Below are positions 18,013-26,866 of a stretch of 32,000 bases of DNA, one piece after another. Each line of letters begins with the position of its first letter. Position 1 is the first letter of the stretch. The DNA is from Candidatus Electronema halotolerans (GTDB taxonomy: Bacteria; Desulfobacterota; Desulfobulbia; Desulfobulbales; Desulfobulbaceae). Under the pieces are notes generated by a model. That model worked only from the letters and a program-made list of their open reading frames with translations, made no database searches and was not told the DNA's origin. The stretch covers positions 3,000,001 to 3,032,000 of the forward strand of contig OW818675.1 of NCBI GenBank assembly GCA_942493095.1, in the 5' to 3' direction. The translations under genes were made by a program, and so were the position numbers.

Positions 18013-18213
18013 ATGGCTGAAGGCACAGTAAAGTGGTTCAACGATGCCAAGGGATTCGGTTTTATTCAGCAGGATGGGGGACAGGATGTCTTTGTTCACC
18101 ACAGCGCAATTGAGGCCGATGGATTCAGAACGCTGCCGGAAGGTGCGCGGGTCTCTTTTGATGTGGTCAACGGCCCCAAAGGTCTGGCCGCAGAAAAAGT
18201 GATCGTGCTCTGA
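18013..18213 (+). CDS. cold shock domain protein (CspA-like), copy 2
   Basis: [41 protein letters not shown]; the 18007 ORF start replaced by the ATG after AAGGAG. Confidence 0.96.
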   Translation: MAEGTVKWFNDAKGFGFIQQDGGQDVFVHHSAIEADGFRTLPEGARVSFDVVNGPKGLAAEKVIVL

Positions 18214-18334
18214 GCGCATTTTTTTGGAGCGCAAGAAAAACGGTGACTTGCCCGCTATCTGTCTCTGGCGGCTTAGGGAGTTATAAAACAAACAGCGCGG
18301 CAATCGCGCTGCGAACAGCAAGGAGCAGCAGGAA

Positions 18335-18541
18335 ATGGCAGAAGGCACAGTAAAGTGGTTCAACGATGCCAAGGGCTATGGTTTCATCCAGCAGGAGGAC
18401 GGCGGCCCGGATGTTTTTGTCCATCACAGTGCCATCCAATCTCAGGGATTCAGAACCCTGAAAGAGGGCGCACGGGTGAGCTTTGAGGTTGTTGACGGGC
18501 CTAAAGGTCCGGCTGCGGATCAAGTGATGCCGCTCAAATAG
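18335..18541 (+). CDS. cold shock domain protein (CspA-like), copy 3
   Basis: [39 protein letters not shown]; RBS AAGGAG. Confidence 0.96.
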   Translation: MAEGTVKWFNDAKGYGFIQQEDGGPDVFVHHSAIQSQGFRTLKEGARVSFEVVDGPKGPAADQVMPLK

Positions 18542-18563
18542 TCACGGTCCTGTGCAGCATTGA

Positions 18564-18596
18564 AAGACCCCGTATTGACTGCGGGGTCTTTTTTTT
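18564..18596 (+). terminator. rho-independent terminator after csp copy 3
   Basis: AAGACCCCG-TATTGACTG-CGGGGTCTT followed by TTTTTT. Confidence 0.9.
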
Positions 18597-18629
18597 ATGT
18601 TTATCCACCACATCAGCAAGGAGCATTCT

Positions 18630-18773
18630 TTGGCCAAGACAAACTATTCTTTTGAAAAAAGAAAAAAGGAACTGGCGAAAAAAAAGAAGAAGGAAGAAAA
18701 ACAGCAGCAGAAGCTGGAACGGAAGAAAGAACCAGACAAGACCAGCGAGGAAGTTTTGATCCAGACGGAATAA
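18630..18773 (+). CDS. 47-aa lysine-rich small protein, TTG start (not in ORF track)
   Basis: RBS AAGGAG at 18618-18623, then TTG: (M)AKTNYSFEKRKKELAKKKKKEEKQQQKLERKKEPDKTSEEVLIQTE, TAA at 18771-18773. Confidence 0.7.
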   Translation: MAKTNYSFEKRKKELAKKKKKEEKQQQKLERKKEPDKTSEEVLIQTE

Positions 18774-18896
18774 GGATCAAAGTTTTCCAGCATGGCGCAA
18801 TGCGACAAGAAACAGCGCCTGCTGGTTTGATGTCGCATCTCTCCTTCTTCCCTCTGTCATCGTTTCAAACGGGAAACATTTTCACACAGCATCGTC

Positions 18897-20507
18897 ATGA
18901 TCACTGCAAGCAATATTGCCCTTTCTTATGGCAAACGAATTATCTTTAAAGATGTCAATATCAAATTCACGCCCGGCAACTGCTACGGTCTGATCGGGGC
19001 CAACGGCGCAGGCAAGTCAACCTTCCTGAAAATTCTCTCCGGCCAGCTGGAGGCGGATAAGGGAGACATTATTGTGGATTCGGGCAAGCGGATCGCGGTG
19101 CTCAGTCAGGATCAGTTCGCTTTTGATGAGCATTCGGTTTTGGACACAGTCATCATGGGCCACAAAGAACTGTACCAGATCAAGGCCGAGCGCGAGACCA
19201 TCTATGCCAAGGCTGAATTCACCGAGGAGGACGGCATTCGCTCCGGCGAGCTGGAAGTGCTCTTCGGCGAGATGAACGGCTACGAGGCTGAATCTGAGGC
19301 CGCAGTGCTGCTCAACGGCGTGGGCATTGGCGAGGAGCTGCGCCAGAAAAAAATGAAGGAGCTGGAAGGCACGGACAAGGTGCGGGTGCTGCTGGCGCAG
19401 GCTCTGTTTGGCAACCCGGATATTCTTCTGCTCGACGAGCCGACCAACCAGCTTGACATCGCCACCATCACCTGGCTGGAGAACTTCCTGACTCGCTTCC
19501 AGAACACGGTCATCATTGTCTCGCATGACCGTCACTTCCTCAATCAGGTCTGCACCCATACCGCAGATATTGACTATGGCAAGATTCAGGTCTATGTTGG
19601 CAACTATGATTTCTGGCAGCAGGCCAGTCAGCTCCAGTTCCGGCAGAAGGAGATGGAAAACAAGAAAATGAAGGCTAAGGAGCAGGATTTGAAGGACTTT
19701 ATCCGCCGTTTCAGCTCCAATGCCTCCAAGGCCAAGCAGGCCACCTCGCGCAAAAAGCTCTTGGAAAAGCTGACCATTGAGGACATGCCGCTTTCCTCGC
19801 GCAAATATCCTTACATTGATTTCAAGCCGGAGCGGCCCTGCGGCGACATCATTTTGGAAATCGAGGGACTGAGCAAGACGGTTGACGGCGTGACCATGTT
19901 CAAGGATTTCAGCCTCAGTGTTGGCAAAGGTGACAAGATCGCTTTTGCTGGCTCCAACGGTTTGGCCAAGACCACCCTGTTTCAGATTCTGGCCGGAGAG
20001 CTGGAGCCGGATGAGGGCACAGTGCGCTGGGGCGTGACCATCACCCCTTCTTATTTTCCCAAAGAGAACACCAAGTATTTTCAAGACAAGGGCATGGACA
20101 TTGTCACGTGGCTGCGCCAGTACGCCCCGCCGCAGGAGACTGAGAGCTTTGTCCGGGGCTTTCTGGGCCGGATGCTCTTTTCCGGCGAAGAGGCCCTGAA
20201 AAAGGTTTCTGTCCTTTCCGGCGGCGAGCGGGTGCGCTGCATGTTGTCGCGGATGATGCTGTCCGGGGCCAATGTCCTGATTCTTGATGAACCAACCAAC
20301 CATCTTGACCTCGAATCCATCACTTCGTTGAACAACGCCCTGACCGCCTACCCGGAAGCAGTGCTTTTTGCCTCGCATGATCATCAGCTTGTCTCCACCG
20401 TGGCCAACCGGATCATTGAAATCTTCCCGGATCAGATTGTGGACGAGCGGATGAGCTTTGACGACTATTTGACCACCCGCTGCGGCTTGGAGCTGGAAGC
20501 AGCCTGA
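18897..20507 (+). CDS. ABC-F family ATPase (YbiT/EttA-like)
   Basis: Two ABC domains (GANGAGKSTFLKIL; GSNGLAKTTLFQIL), signature regions, DEPTNQLD and DEPTNHLD, no transmembrane domain. Confidence 0.93.
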   Translation: MITASNIALSYGKRIIFKDVNIKFTPGNCYGLIGANGAGKSTFLKILSGQLEADKGDIIVDSGKRIAVLSQDQFAFDEHSVLDTVIMGHKELYQIKAERETIYAKAEFTEEDGIRSGELEVLFGEMNGYEAESEAAVLLNGVGIGEELRQKKMKELEGTDKVRVLLAQALFGNPDILLLDEPTNQLDIATITWLENFLTRFQNTVIIVSHDRHFLNQVCTHTADIDYGKIQVYVGNYDFWQQASQLQFRQKEMENKKMKAKEQDLKDFIRRFSSNASKAKQATSRKKLLEKLTIEDMPLSSRKYPYIDFKPERPCGDIILEIEGLSKTVDGVTMFKDFSLSVGKGDKIAFAGSNGLAKTTLFQILAGELEPDEGTVRWGVTITPSYFPKENTKYFQDKGMDIVTWLRQYAPPQETESFVRGFLGRMLFSGEEALKKVSVLSGGERVRCMLSRMMLSGANVLILDEPTNHLDLESITSLNNALTAYPEAVLFASHDHQLVSTVANRIIEIFPDQIVDERMSFDDYLTTRCGLELEAA

Positions 20508-20509
20508 CA

Positions 20510-21961
20510 ATGATCAAAGCATTGCTCGCCAGAACCGGAAAAAAACTCCGTCAGCTTGTCCGGGGGAAGAAAAAACGTCAGCCTGAAACGGTTGGCAAAC
20601 AGGAAGAGAAGCTGCTGCGGAAAACAGCGCAGCCAGTTGCACGGCCTCAGCAGGTGCCAGCAGAGCGGCAGGAACGCCGCCGCAGACCGGATCGACCAAC
20701 AAAGCCGAAATGGACGCTGGAGCAGTTTCCAGTTGATCCGGTGGCAGGCAAGAGCCGTTTTCATGATTTTTCCCTGCCCCTGGCTCTGATGCACGCCATT
20801 GCTGATCTTGACTTCAAATATTGCAGTCCGATTCAGGAACAAGCTCTGCCCAGCGCGCTGGAAGGCAAGGACCTGATTGCCAGGGCTGGCACCGGCACCG
20901 GCAAAAGCGCGGTCTTCCTCATCGCCCTGTTCACCCGCCTGCTCAAGGAGCAGCAGCCCCTGCGCCAGCCGGGCCTGCCCCGCGCCCTGATCATCGCCCC
21001 GACCAGAGAATTGGTCATGCAGATCACCAAGGACGGACAAGCCTTGGCCAAATACACTCAGCTGCGCGTTGTCGCGGTCTATGGCGGCACTGATTTCCAG
21101 AAGCAGGAGCAGCAGCTCAGACAGGGCACGGCAGATGTGATCGTGGCCACGCCAGGCCGTTTGTTGGACTATGTGTCGCGCAAGGCGGTCAGTTTGGCTC
21201 AGGCCAAGATCATGGTGCTTGACGAGGCCGACCGGATGCTGGACATGGGCTTCATCCCGGACGTGCGTCGGATCATGGGCCAGCTTCCAGCCAAGGAGCA
21301 GCGGCAGACCCTGCTTTTCTCGGCCACGGTCAATGAGGATGTCCGGCGGCTGGCCGCGCAGTGGTGCGTCAAGCCGGTTTATATTGAAAGCGACCCAGAG
21401 CAGGTGGCAGTGGACACGGTGGAGCAAGTCATCTACACTGTCACCAGCGAGGAAAAATACACGGTGCTCTACAACCTGATCAGCAGCCAGGAGCACGCCC
21501 GGATCATGGTTTTCACCAACATGAAGAGCGAGGCGGCCCGACTGCACGAGCGGCTGCGGGCCAATGGCATCCAAGCTGTGCTGCTGACCGGCGACGTGCC
21601 CCAGCAGAAGCGCATGGCCCGCTTGGAGCAGTTCCGGGGCGGTGACACCGAGGTGATGATCGCCACGGACGTGGCAGGCCGGGGCATCCATATTGACGGC
21701 ATCAGCCATGTGGTCAACTACACCCTGCCCTATGAGCCGGAGGATTATGTTCACCGCATCGGCAGGACAGGCCGGGCTGGAGAGAGCGGCATTGCCATCA
21801 GCTTTGCCTGCGAGGAAGGGGCCTTTCATTTGCCAGCGATAGAAGAATATATCGGCAAGGCACTGCCCTGCCTGCCGCCGGAAGAGGAGCTGCTGGCTCC
21901 GCCGCCCGAACCTGCGCCAGCATCATCTGTCCGCCCGAAAAAAAGACGGCGGCGAAGATAA
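20510..21961 (+). CDS. DEAD-box RNA helicase (RhlB/RhlE-like)
   Basis: ARAGTGTGKSAVF, PTRELVMQI, VLDEADRMLDMGF, LFSATV, HRIGRTGRAG; basic N- and C-terminal tails. Confidence 0.95.
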   Translation: MIKALLARTGKKLRQLVRGKKKRQPETVGKQEEKLLRKTAQPVARPQQVPAERQERRRRPDRPTKPKWTLEQFPVDPVAGKSRFHDFSLPLALMHAIADLDFKYCSPIQEQALPSALEGKDLIARAGTGTGKSAVFLIALFTRLLKEQQPLRQPGLPRALIIAPTRELVMQITKDGQALAKYTQLRVVAVYGGTDFQKQEQQLRQGTADVIVATPGRLLDYVSRKAVSLAQAKIMVLDEADRMLDMGFIPDVRRIMGQLPAKEQRQTLLFSATVNEDVRRLAAQWCVKPVYIESDPEQVAVDTVEQVIYTVTSEEKYTVLYNLISSQEHARIMVFTNMKSEAARLHERLRANGIQAVLLTGDVPQQKRMARLEQFRGGDTEVMIATDVAGRGIHIDGISHVVNYTLPYEPEDYVHRIGRTGRAGESGIAISFACEEGAFHLPAIEEYIGKALPCLPPEEELLAPPPEPAPASSVRPKKRRRRR

Positions 21962-21984
21962 CCGCTTCATGGAGGAGGAAAAAT

Positions 21985-22230
21985 ATGGCAGCATTGCTTG
22001 TTCACCTGCTGATTGGCGCCTTGGCTGGCTGGCTGGCCGGAAAGCTGATGAAAGGGGCGGGCTTCGGCCTGCTCGGCAACATGGCGGTCGGCATTCTCGG
22101 CGCAGTCATTGGCGGCTGGGTCTTCAGCCTGCTCGGCATCTCGGTCGAGCACGGCTTCATTGGCTCGCTGATCACTGCGGTGGCTGGAGCCTCGCTGCTC
22201 TTGGCTGCGGTCAAGCTGATCAAAAAATAA
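21985..22230 (+). CDS. GlsB/YeaQ/YmgE family stress-response membrane protein
   Basis: 81 aa: GALAGWLAGKLMKGAGFGLLGNMAVGILGAVIGGWVFSLLGI. Confidence 0.9.
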   Translation: MAALLVHLLIGALAGWLAGKLMKGAGFGLLGNMAVGILGAVIGGWVFSLLGISVEHGFIGSLITAVAGASLLLAAVKLIKK

Positions 22231-22324
22231 GAGGAGGCTGGCCTCTGCCGCCGTCTCCGGCAAGTTCCTGCTTGACGCTCCAGCAGAAACGATGCTACAA
22301 TAAAGGTATAAGGAGGCAGAACAA

Positions 22325-22876
22325 ATGGAGAACCTGACTGGACATTTCCTTATCGCCACACCGCAGATGCCTGACCCGCGCTTCCGGGAGCAGGTGATCT
22401 ACATCTGCGCGCACAGCCGGGAAGGGGCAATGGGTGTTTCCATCAACAATCCCAGCCAGGAGATCACCATGATGGAAATCCTTCTCAGCACCAATATTCC
22501 CCTGCCGCAGGGGCCGCTGCCGCCGGTTTACACGGGCGGACCAGTGGAGATGGAATCTGGTTTCATCCTTTACAGCTCTGAACGACCAATCGGCAGCGGT
22601 CTGGCCGTCACGTCCAACATCGGCCTGTCCCGCGAATCCAAGCTGCTGGAGGAGATCAGCAAAGGGCAGGGGCCGACGGACTATCTCTTTCTCCTTGGCT
22701 ATGCGGGCTGGGGACCAGGGCAGTTGGAAATGGAGCTGTTGGACAACTCCTGGCTGACTGTGCCGGGCGACAGCAGCGTCCTCTTCCACACCCCGGACGA
22801 GTTCAAGTGGAAAAGCGCAGCCCGCCGCTTTGGCATCGACATTTCCATGTTCAGCAGCGTGGTTGGCAATGCCTGA
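22325..22876 (+). CDS. yqgE: UPF0301 family protein YqgE/AlgH
   Basis: LTGHFLIATPQMPDPRFREQVIYICAHSREGAMGVSINNP, YLFLLGYAGWGPGQLEMEL. Confidence 0.93.
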   Translation: MENLTGHFLIATPQMPDPRFREQVIYICAHSREGAMGVSINNPSQEITMMEILLSTNIPLPQGPLPPVYTGGPVEMESGFILYSSERPIGSGLAVTSNIGLSRESKLLEEISKGQGPTDYLFLLGYAGWGPGQLEMELLDNSWLTVPGDSSVLFHTPDEFKWKSAARRFGIDISMFSSVVGNA

Positions 22877-22911
22877 TGCTGTAGCAGGGCAGGAAGACAA
22901 AACAGCATGAG

Positions 22912-22940
22912 GCGGCCTGCGCAAGGCCGCTTCTTTTTTT
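22912..22940 (+). terminator. rho-independent terminator after yqgE
   Basis: GCGGCCT-GCGCA-AGGCCGC followed by TTCTTTTTTT. Confidence 0.9.
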
Positions 22941-22995
22941 TGAGGAGGCGGAATGATTCCGCCTTTGCAAATTTCAGCACAGCAAGGAGGGATTC

Positions 22996-23811
22996 ATGCG
23001 ATTGAAATTTCTTTTTTTCCTGCTCTCAGGATGGGTTTTTCTCATGCCAAATCTGGCAGGAGCGCAGCAGGTCAGTGTTGATATTGTCTCTGACCGAGGC
23101 TGGACCTTTCCCGCCTATCCAGCCAGTTCCAACGACGGCAGCACCCGGGCCTATCTTGAGGCCAAAAAAAATGCCCGCTACGGCATCCGCATCAGAAACA
23201 ACACCAGCCGCCGGGTCGGGGTGCTTGTGGCTGTGGATGGCCGCAACATCATTTCCGGCAGCAAGTCTTATCTGCGCAGCTCAGAGCAGATGTACCTGCT
23301 CAATCCTTATGAGGAGCGCACCTACGAAGGCTGGCGTACCGGTCGAGACAGAATCAACCGCTTTTATTTCACCGAGGAAGGCGATTCCTATGCAGGCGCA
23401 TGGGATGACTACAGCGCAATGGGCGTGATCGCGGTTGCGGTTTTCCCTGAGAAAATGCCGCCGCCTGTCTATGACCGTTACAGCTCCGCGCCGGGTGGCG
23501 GCAGAGACAGCAGCCGGAGAAGCTACAGCAGGAATGCGCCTGCCGCTGCTGCCATGGAAGCTGCGCCCGGCACTGGTTATGGCGAGGAGGAACATTCTTC
23601 CTCAGAACGGGTCTATGATTTCAAGCCGCAGCCGCATCCGGCGGAAAAATATCTGTTCAAATACGAATGGCGGGAAACCCTGTGCCGCAAGCACATCATC
23701 TCCTGCCGGCCTGAGCCGCCGCCCAGAGACGGAAACCGTATCTGGCATGACGATGACGGCTATGCCCCGCCGCCGCCGCCCAGACGGGATCGCGAATACT
23801 GGCGCAGATAA
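22996..23811 (+). CDS. secreted protein of unknown function
   Basis: 271 aa with signal peptide (MRLKFLFFLLSGWVFLMPNLAGAQQ), an ordered region (YGIRIRNNTSRRVGVLVAVDGRNIISG) and a basic/proline-rich C-terminus. Confidence 0.75.
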   Translation: MRLKFLFFLLSGWVFLMPNLAGAQQVSVDIVSDRGWTFPAYPASSNDGSTRAYLEAKKNARYGIRIRNNTSRRVGVLVAVDGRNIISGSKSYLRSSEQMYLLNPYEERTYEGWRTGRDRINRFYFTEEGDSYAGAWDDYSAMGVIAVAVFPEKMPPPVYDRYSSAPGGGRDSSRRSYSRNAPAAAAMEAAPGTGYGEEEHSSSERVYDFKPQPHPAEKYLFKYEWRETLCRKHIISCRPEPPPRDGNRIWHDDDGYAPPPPPRRDREYWRR

Positions 23812-24034
23812 TTTTTTTTCCACATCCAACGGAGGCAGCAGAAGCTGTCTCCGCTTCGTTTTCTTGCCTGAGCAGCGCAAAATTTGTATAGTGCCGGAGC
23901 CGTATAATTTGAGCGTTCTTTCTGCCGTCGTAGCTATACAATATCGGGGCGGGCGGGCCACCACAAGGGGCCGCTCTTACGGGAAAGAGCATCTGCCGCA
24001 GCCGAACAAATTCTGATCAGAGCATCCTTTATTT

Positions 24035-24886
24035 ATGAAATTGGTTGACATCAACACCCTGCCGGGCAGCAGGCCCATTCTTGTCGGTCCCGGCCAGCCG
24101 CTGCTGCTGATAGCAGGCCCCTGCGTCTTGGAATCCGGCGATCTCTGCTGGAACGTTGCCTGGGAGATGAAGGCGGTCTGCGAACGGCTGGGCATTTCTT
24201 ACGTTTTCAAGGCATCTTTTGACAAGGCCAACCGCACCTCGCTGAACTCCTTCCGAGGCCCTGGGCTGAAAAAAGGGCTGCGCCAGCTCTGCCGCATCCG
24301 CCAGGAAATCAAAGTGCCAGTGCTCTCTGATGTTCATGAGAGCAACCAGATTGATCTGGCGATGGAGTGCTTGGACATCATTCAAATTCCCGCCTTTCTC
24401 TGCCGCCAGACTGACCTGCTGGCCGCAGCGGCCAAATCAGGTCGGCCCGTGAATTTGAAAAAAGGCCAGTTCCTCTCCCCGTGGGACATGAAACATGCAG
24501 TTGACAAAGTGCGGGCGGCTGGCAACGAGCGCATCCTGCTCACTGAACGGGGTTCCTGTTTTGGCTACAACAATTTGGTCGTTGACATGCGCTCCCTGCC
24601 CGTGATGCGTTCCTTTGGCTGTCCGGTGATTTTTGACGCAACCCATTCGGTCCAGCTGCCCGGCGGCATGGGCGGCACGTCCGGCGGCCAGCGCAAATTC
24701 ATCCCTGCCCTGACCAGAGCGGCAATGGCTGCCGGAATTGACGGCCTGTTCATGGAAGTGCATCCTGAGCCGGACAAGGCCCTCTGCGATGGCCCCAACA
24801 GCATTCCCTTGGACAAGGTTGAGCCGCTGCTCCGCCAGCTCTTGGAAATCCGCAATGCGGTCAACAAAATCAGCAGCAATGAATGA
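24035..24886 (+). CDS. kdsA: 3-deoxy-8-phosphooctulonate synthase
   Basis: [65 protein letters not shown]. Confidence 0.95.
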   Translation: MKLVDINTLPGSRPILVGPGQPLLLIAGPCVLESGDLCWNVAWEMKAVCERLGISYVFKASFDKANRTSLNSFRGPGLKKGLRQLCRIRQEIKVPVLSDVHESNQIDLAMECLDIIQIPAFLCRQTDLLAAAAKSGRPVNLKKGQFLSPWDMKHAVDKVRAAGNERILLTERGSCFGYNNLVVDMRSLPVMRSFGCPVIFDATHSVQLPGGMGGTSGGQRKFIPALTRAAMAAGIDGLFMEVHPEPDKALCDGPNSIPLDKVEPLLRQLLEIRNAVNKISSNE

Positions 24887-25505
24887 GCATTACTCAGACT
24901 GCGCCTTGACCCAAGCTCTGCACGAGCGGGCCGCAGCGCGGGAAAAGCCGGTTCAGCGCAGTCCGGCTTGGCAGGCTGCGCTGAACAAGGCGAAAAAGGT
25001 TGAGCTGCTGCTCTTGGATGTCGATGGTGTGCTGACAGACGGCACAGTTTTTTACCCCCCGCAGCGCGGTGAAATCAAAGGCTTTAACACCCAAGACGGT
25101 TTTGGCCTGCGCATTTTGCAGGAGGCGGGCATCAGCGCGGGCATCATCACGGCGAGAAGTTCGGACGCGGTGAGCAGGCGGGCCAAGGATTTGAAACTGA
25201 GCCATCTGTACGCAGGCTGCTCAGACAAGGCGGCTGCTTACGCCGAAATTATTGCCCAGACAGGTCTCTGGCCGGAGCAGATCGCCTACATGGGCGACGA
25301 CTGGCTCGACCTGCCTGTGCTGAACAAGGTCGGCTGCGCTTTTGCTCCGGCCAATGCTGCGCCGGAACTGCGGCAGCGGGTTGATTATGTGACCGAACGC
25401 AGCGGCGGTCACGGGGCGGTGCGGGAAGTTTGCGAGCTGATCTTGGCGGCAAAGGGCCTTTTAGCTGAGGTGTTCAGCCGTTACAATCAAGGCGGCAGGT
25501 CATGA
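24879..25505 (+). CDS. kdsC: KdsC-family HAD phosphatase
   Basis: [48 protein letters not shown]. True start ATG 24879 overlaps the kdsA stop (the track ORF starts earlier). Confidence 0.93.
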   Translation: MNEHYSDCALTQALHERAAAREKPVQRSPAWQAALNKAKKVELLLLDVDGVLTDGTVFYPPQRGEIKGFNTQDGFGLRILQEAGISAGIITARSSDAVSRRAKDLKLSHLYAGCSDKAAAYAEIIAQTGLWPEQIAYMGDDWLDLPVLNKVGCAFAPANAAPELRQRVDYVTERSGGHGAVREVCELILAAKGLLAEVFSRYNQGGRS

Positions 25506-26068
25506 GAATTGGTCTTCGCAACCTGCTCTGGCTCATCCCGCTCGGCCTGATTCTGACCAGTCCGCTCTGGCGGCAGCCCGCAGAGGAATTCCTCAAACCA
25601 CGCGGCGGCTATGATTCGGCGGCGGAACGGGCCTATACGGAAAAGGAGCAGCGTTTTGTCATGGATGATGTTATCCTGACCTTTTACAGCAAGGGCGAGC
25701 AGACATGGACTGTCAAGGCGGCTGAGACCCGCACCGGCAAAACAGATCGGGAAATTGACATGACCACGGTTCATGCGGTGTACAGCAAAAAAGGCGATGA
25801 TCCCCTGACCGTGACCAGCAAGCTGGGCAGCTACCAGATGGATGACAAGCACCTGATCTTGATCAAGGATGTGGTCTTGATCAAGCCGGTCCAGCAGGAG
25901 GAGCTGCACACCGAGCTGCTCCATTATTACGACCAGAGCAAAACGCTGGTCAGTCCGGTGGATGTGAAGATCACAAGTCCCACCTTTGACTTGCAGGGCG
26001 GCAATATGCACTATGATGTCTCCACCAAGGCCTACGACTTCGGCGGACGGGTGCATGCGGTGATGTAA
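25502..26068 (+). CDS. lptC: LPS export ABC transporter periplasmic protein LptC
   Basis: N-terminal membrane anchor, LptC-like β-jellyroll pattern (VYSKKGDDPLTVTSKLGSYQMDDKHLILIKDVVLIKPV...), overlap with kdsC. Confidence 0.8.
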   Translation: MRIGLRNLLWLIPLGLILTSPLWRQPAEEFLKPRGGYDSAAERAYTEKEQRFVMDDVILTFYSKGEQTWTVKAAETRTGKTDREIDMTTVHAVYSKKGDDPLTVTSKLGSYQMDDKHLILIKDVVLIKPVQQEELHTELLHYYDQSKTLVSPVDVKITSPTFDLQGGNMHYDVSTKAYDFGGRVHAVM

Positions 26069-26104
26069 CTTGCTGCTTTTTCAGAATATAATTATCATGG
26101 AACA

Positions 26105-26866
26105 ATGAGCGAGCAAATCGGCATTGTCGGTGTGCCGCCCTTGGAGATCATCCGCCAGCTCAACGAGGAGCAGGCGCAGATCATCGACTTGGACGAGCCG
26201 CTCCTGCCGCTGCCTATAGATCAAACTGATAAGCACCTGCCCAGAGTCTATTGCGCCATTCTCCGCACCGTGCTGCTCAACGCGCTGAATTTGCATCTCG
26301 ACCGGATTTATATTGACATCGGCCCCGGCAAGTGCGACTGCGCCCTGCATGTGGCGGCAGTGCTGCAACATCTTCTCAGCATTCCCGTGATCAAAGTCCG
26401 CAATGTGGACAGCAAAGACTTTGGCTATCCCATCTGCCGGAGCAGCCTGCCCTTGACGGAAAAAATACAGACCATAACCAAAGGCGTGACCTCCTGCCAG
26501 TCCTCGCCCAAGCATCCGCCCTGCCAGCCAGCCGCCGGGTTCTGGGGCGTGCCGCCCCGCGACTTCTCCATTCTTTCCCTGTTCCCGGACAAGACGCATG
26601 TCTATGGCTGGACCCGCTGCATGGAAAACAAGACTCCGGCTGACTTGGAGCTGGAAGCGCACTGCAATCCGGCAGTGCCGACAGTGTTCTTTGCCCAGTC
26701 CTTCTGCGCCAAGAACGCCTTGGCCAAGCATCTGGCTGACCGCCATCCCAAGGCGCTCTGGGTTGACTGCGATGTCAGCGCAGGCTCCAGTGCCAAGGCA
26801 AAAATTGAGGCGTTTTTGGAATTGTCCGGCGTGACGAGCAGCGGAGGCGGCAGTGCTGCTGGCTGA
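26105..26866 (+). CDS. conserved-type cytosolic protein of unknown function, Cys-rich
   Basis: 253 aa with VYCAILRTVLLNALNLHLDRIYIDIGPGKCDCALHVAAVLQHLL. Overlaps the start of the ASKHA-like gene. Confidence 0.6.
   Translation: MSEQIGIVGVPPLEIIRQLNEEQAQIIDLDEPLLPLPIDQTDKHLPRVYCAILRTVLLNALNLHLDRIYIDIGPGKCDCALHVAAVLQHLLSIPVIKVRNVDSKDFGYPICRSSLPLTEKIQTITKGVTSCQSSPKHPPCQPAAGFWGVPPRDFSILSLFPDKTHVYGWTRCMENKTPADLELEAHCNPAVPTVFFAQSFCAKNALAKHLADRHPKALWVDCDVSAGSSAKAKIEAFLELSGVTSSGGGSAAG

Noticed and set aside
18644-18838. 64-aa minus-strand ORF rich in Phe/Ser/Cys
   Set aside because: Antisense of the AAG/AAA-rich microprotein gene at 18630-18773, which has an RBS; low-complexity artefact.
19017-20510. 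497-aa minus-strand ORF
   Set aside because: Exact antisense of the ABC-F ATPase, which has all Walker and signature motifs on the + strand.
20465-21829. 454-aa minus-strand ORF
   Set aside because: Antisense of the DEAD-box helicase; no independent support.
23877-24020. Possible promoter upstream of kdsA (TTGTAT...TATAAT near 23885-23915)
   Set aside because: Spacing of about 13 bp is too short for a canonical sigma-70 promoter; not listed as a feature.
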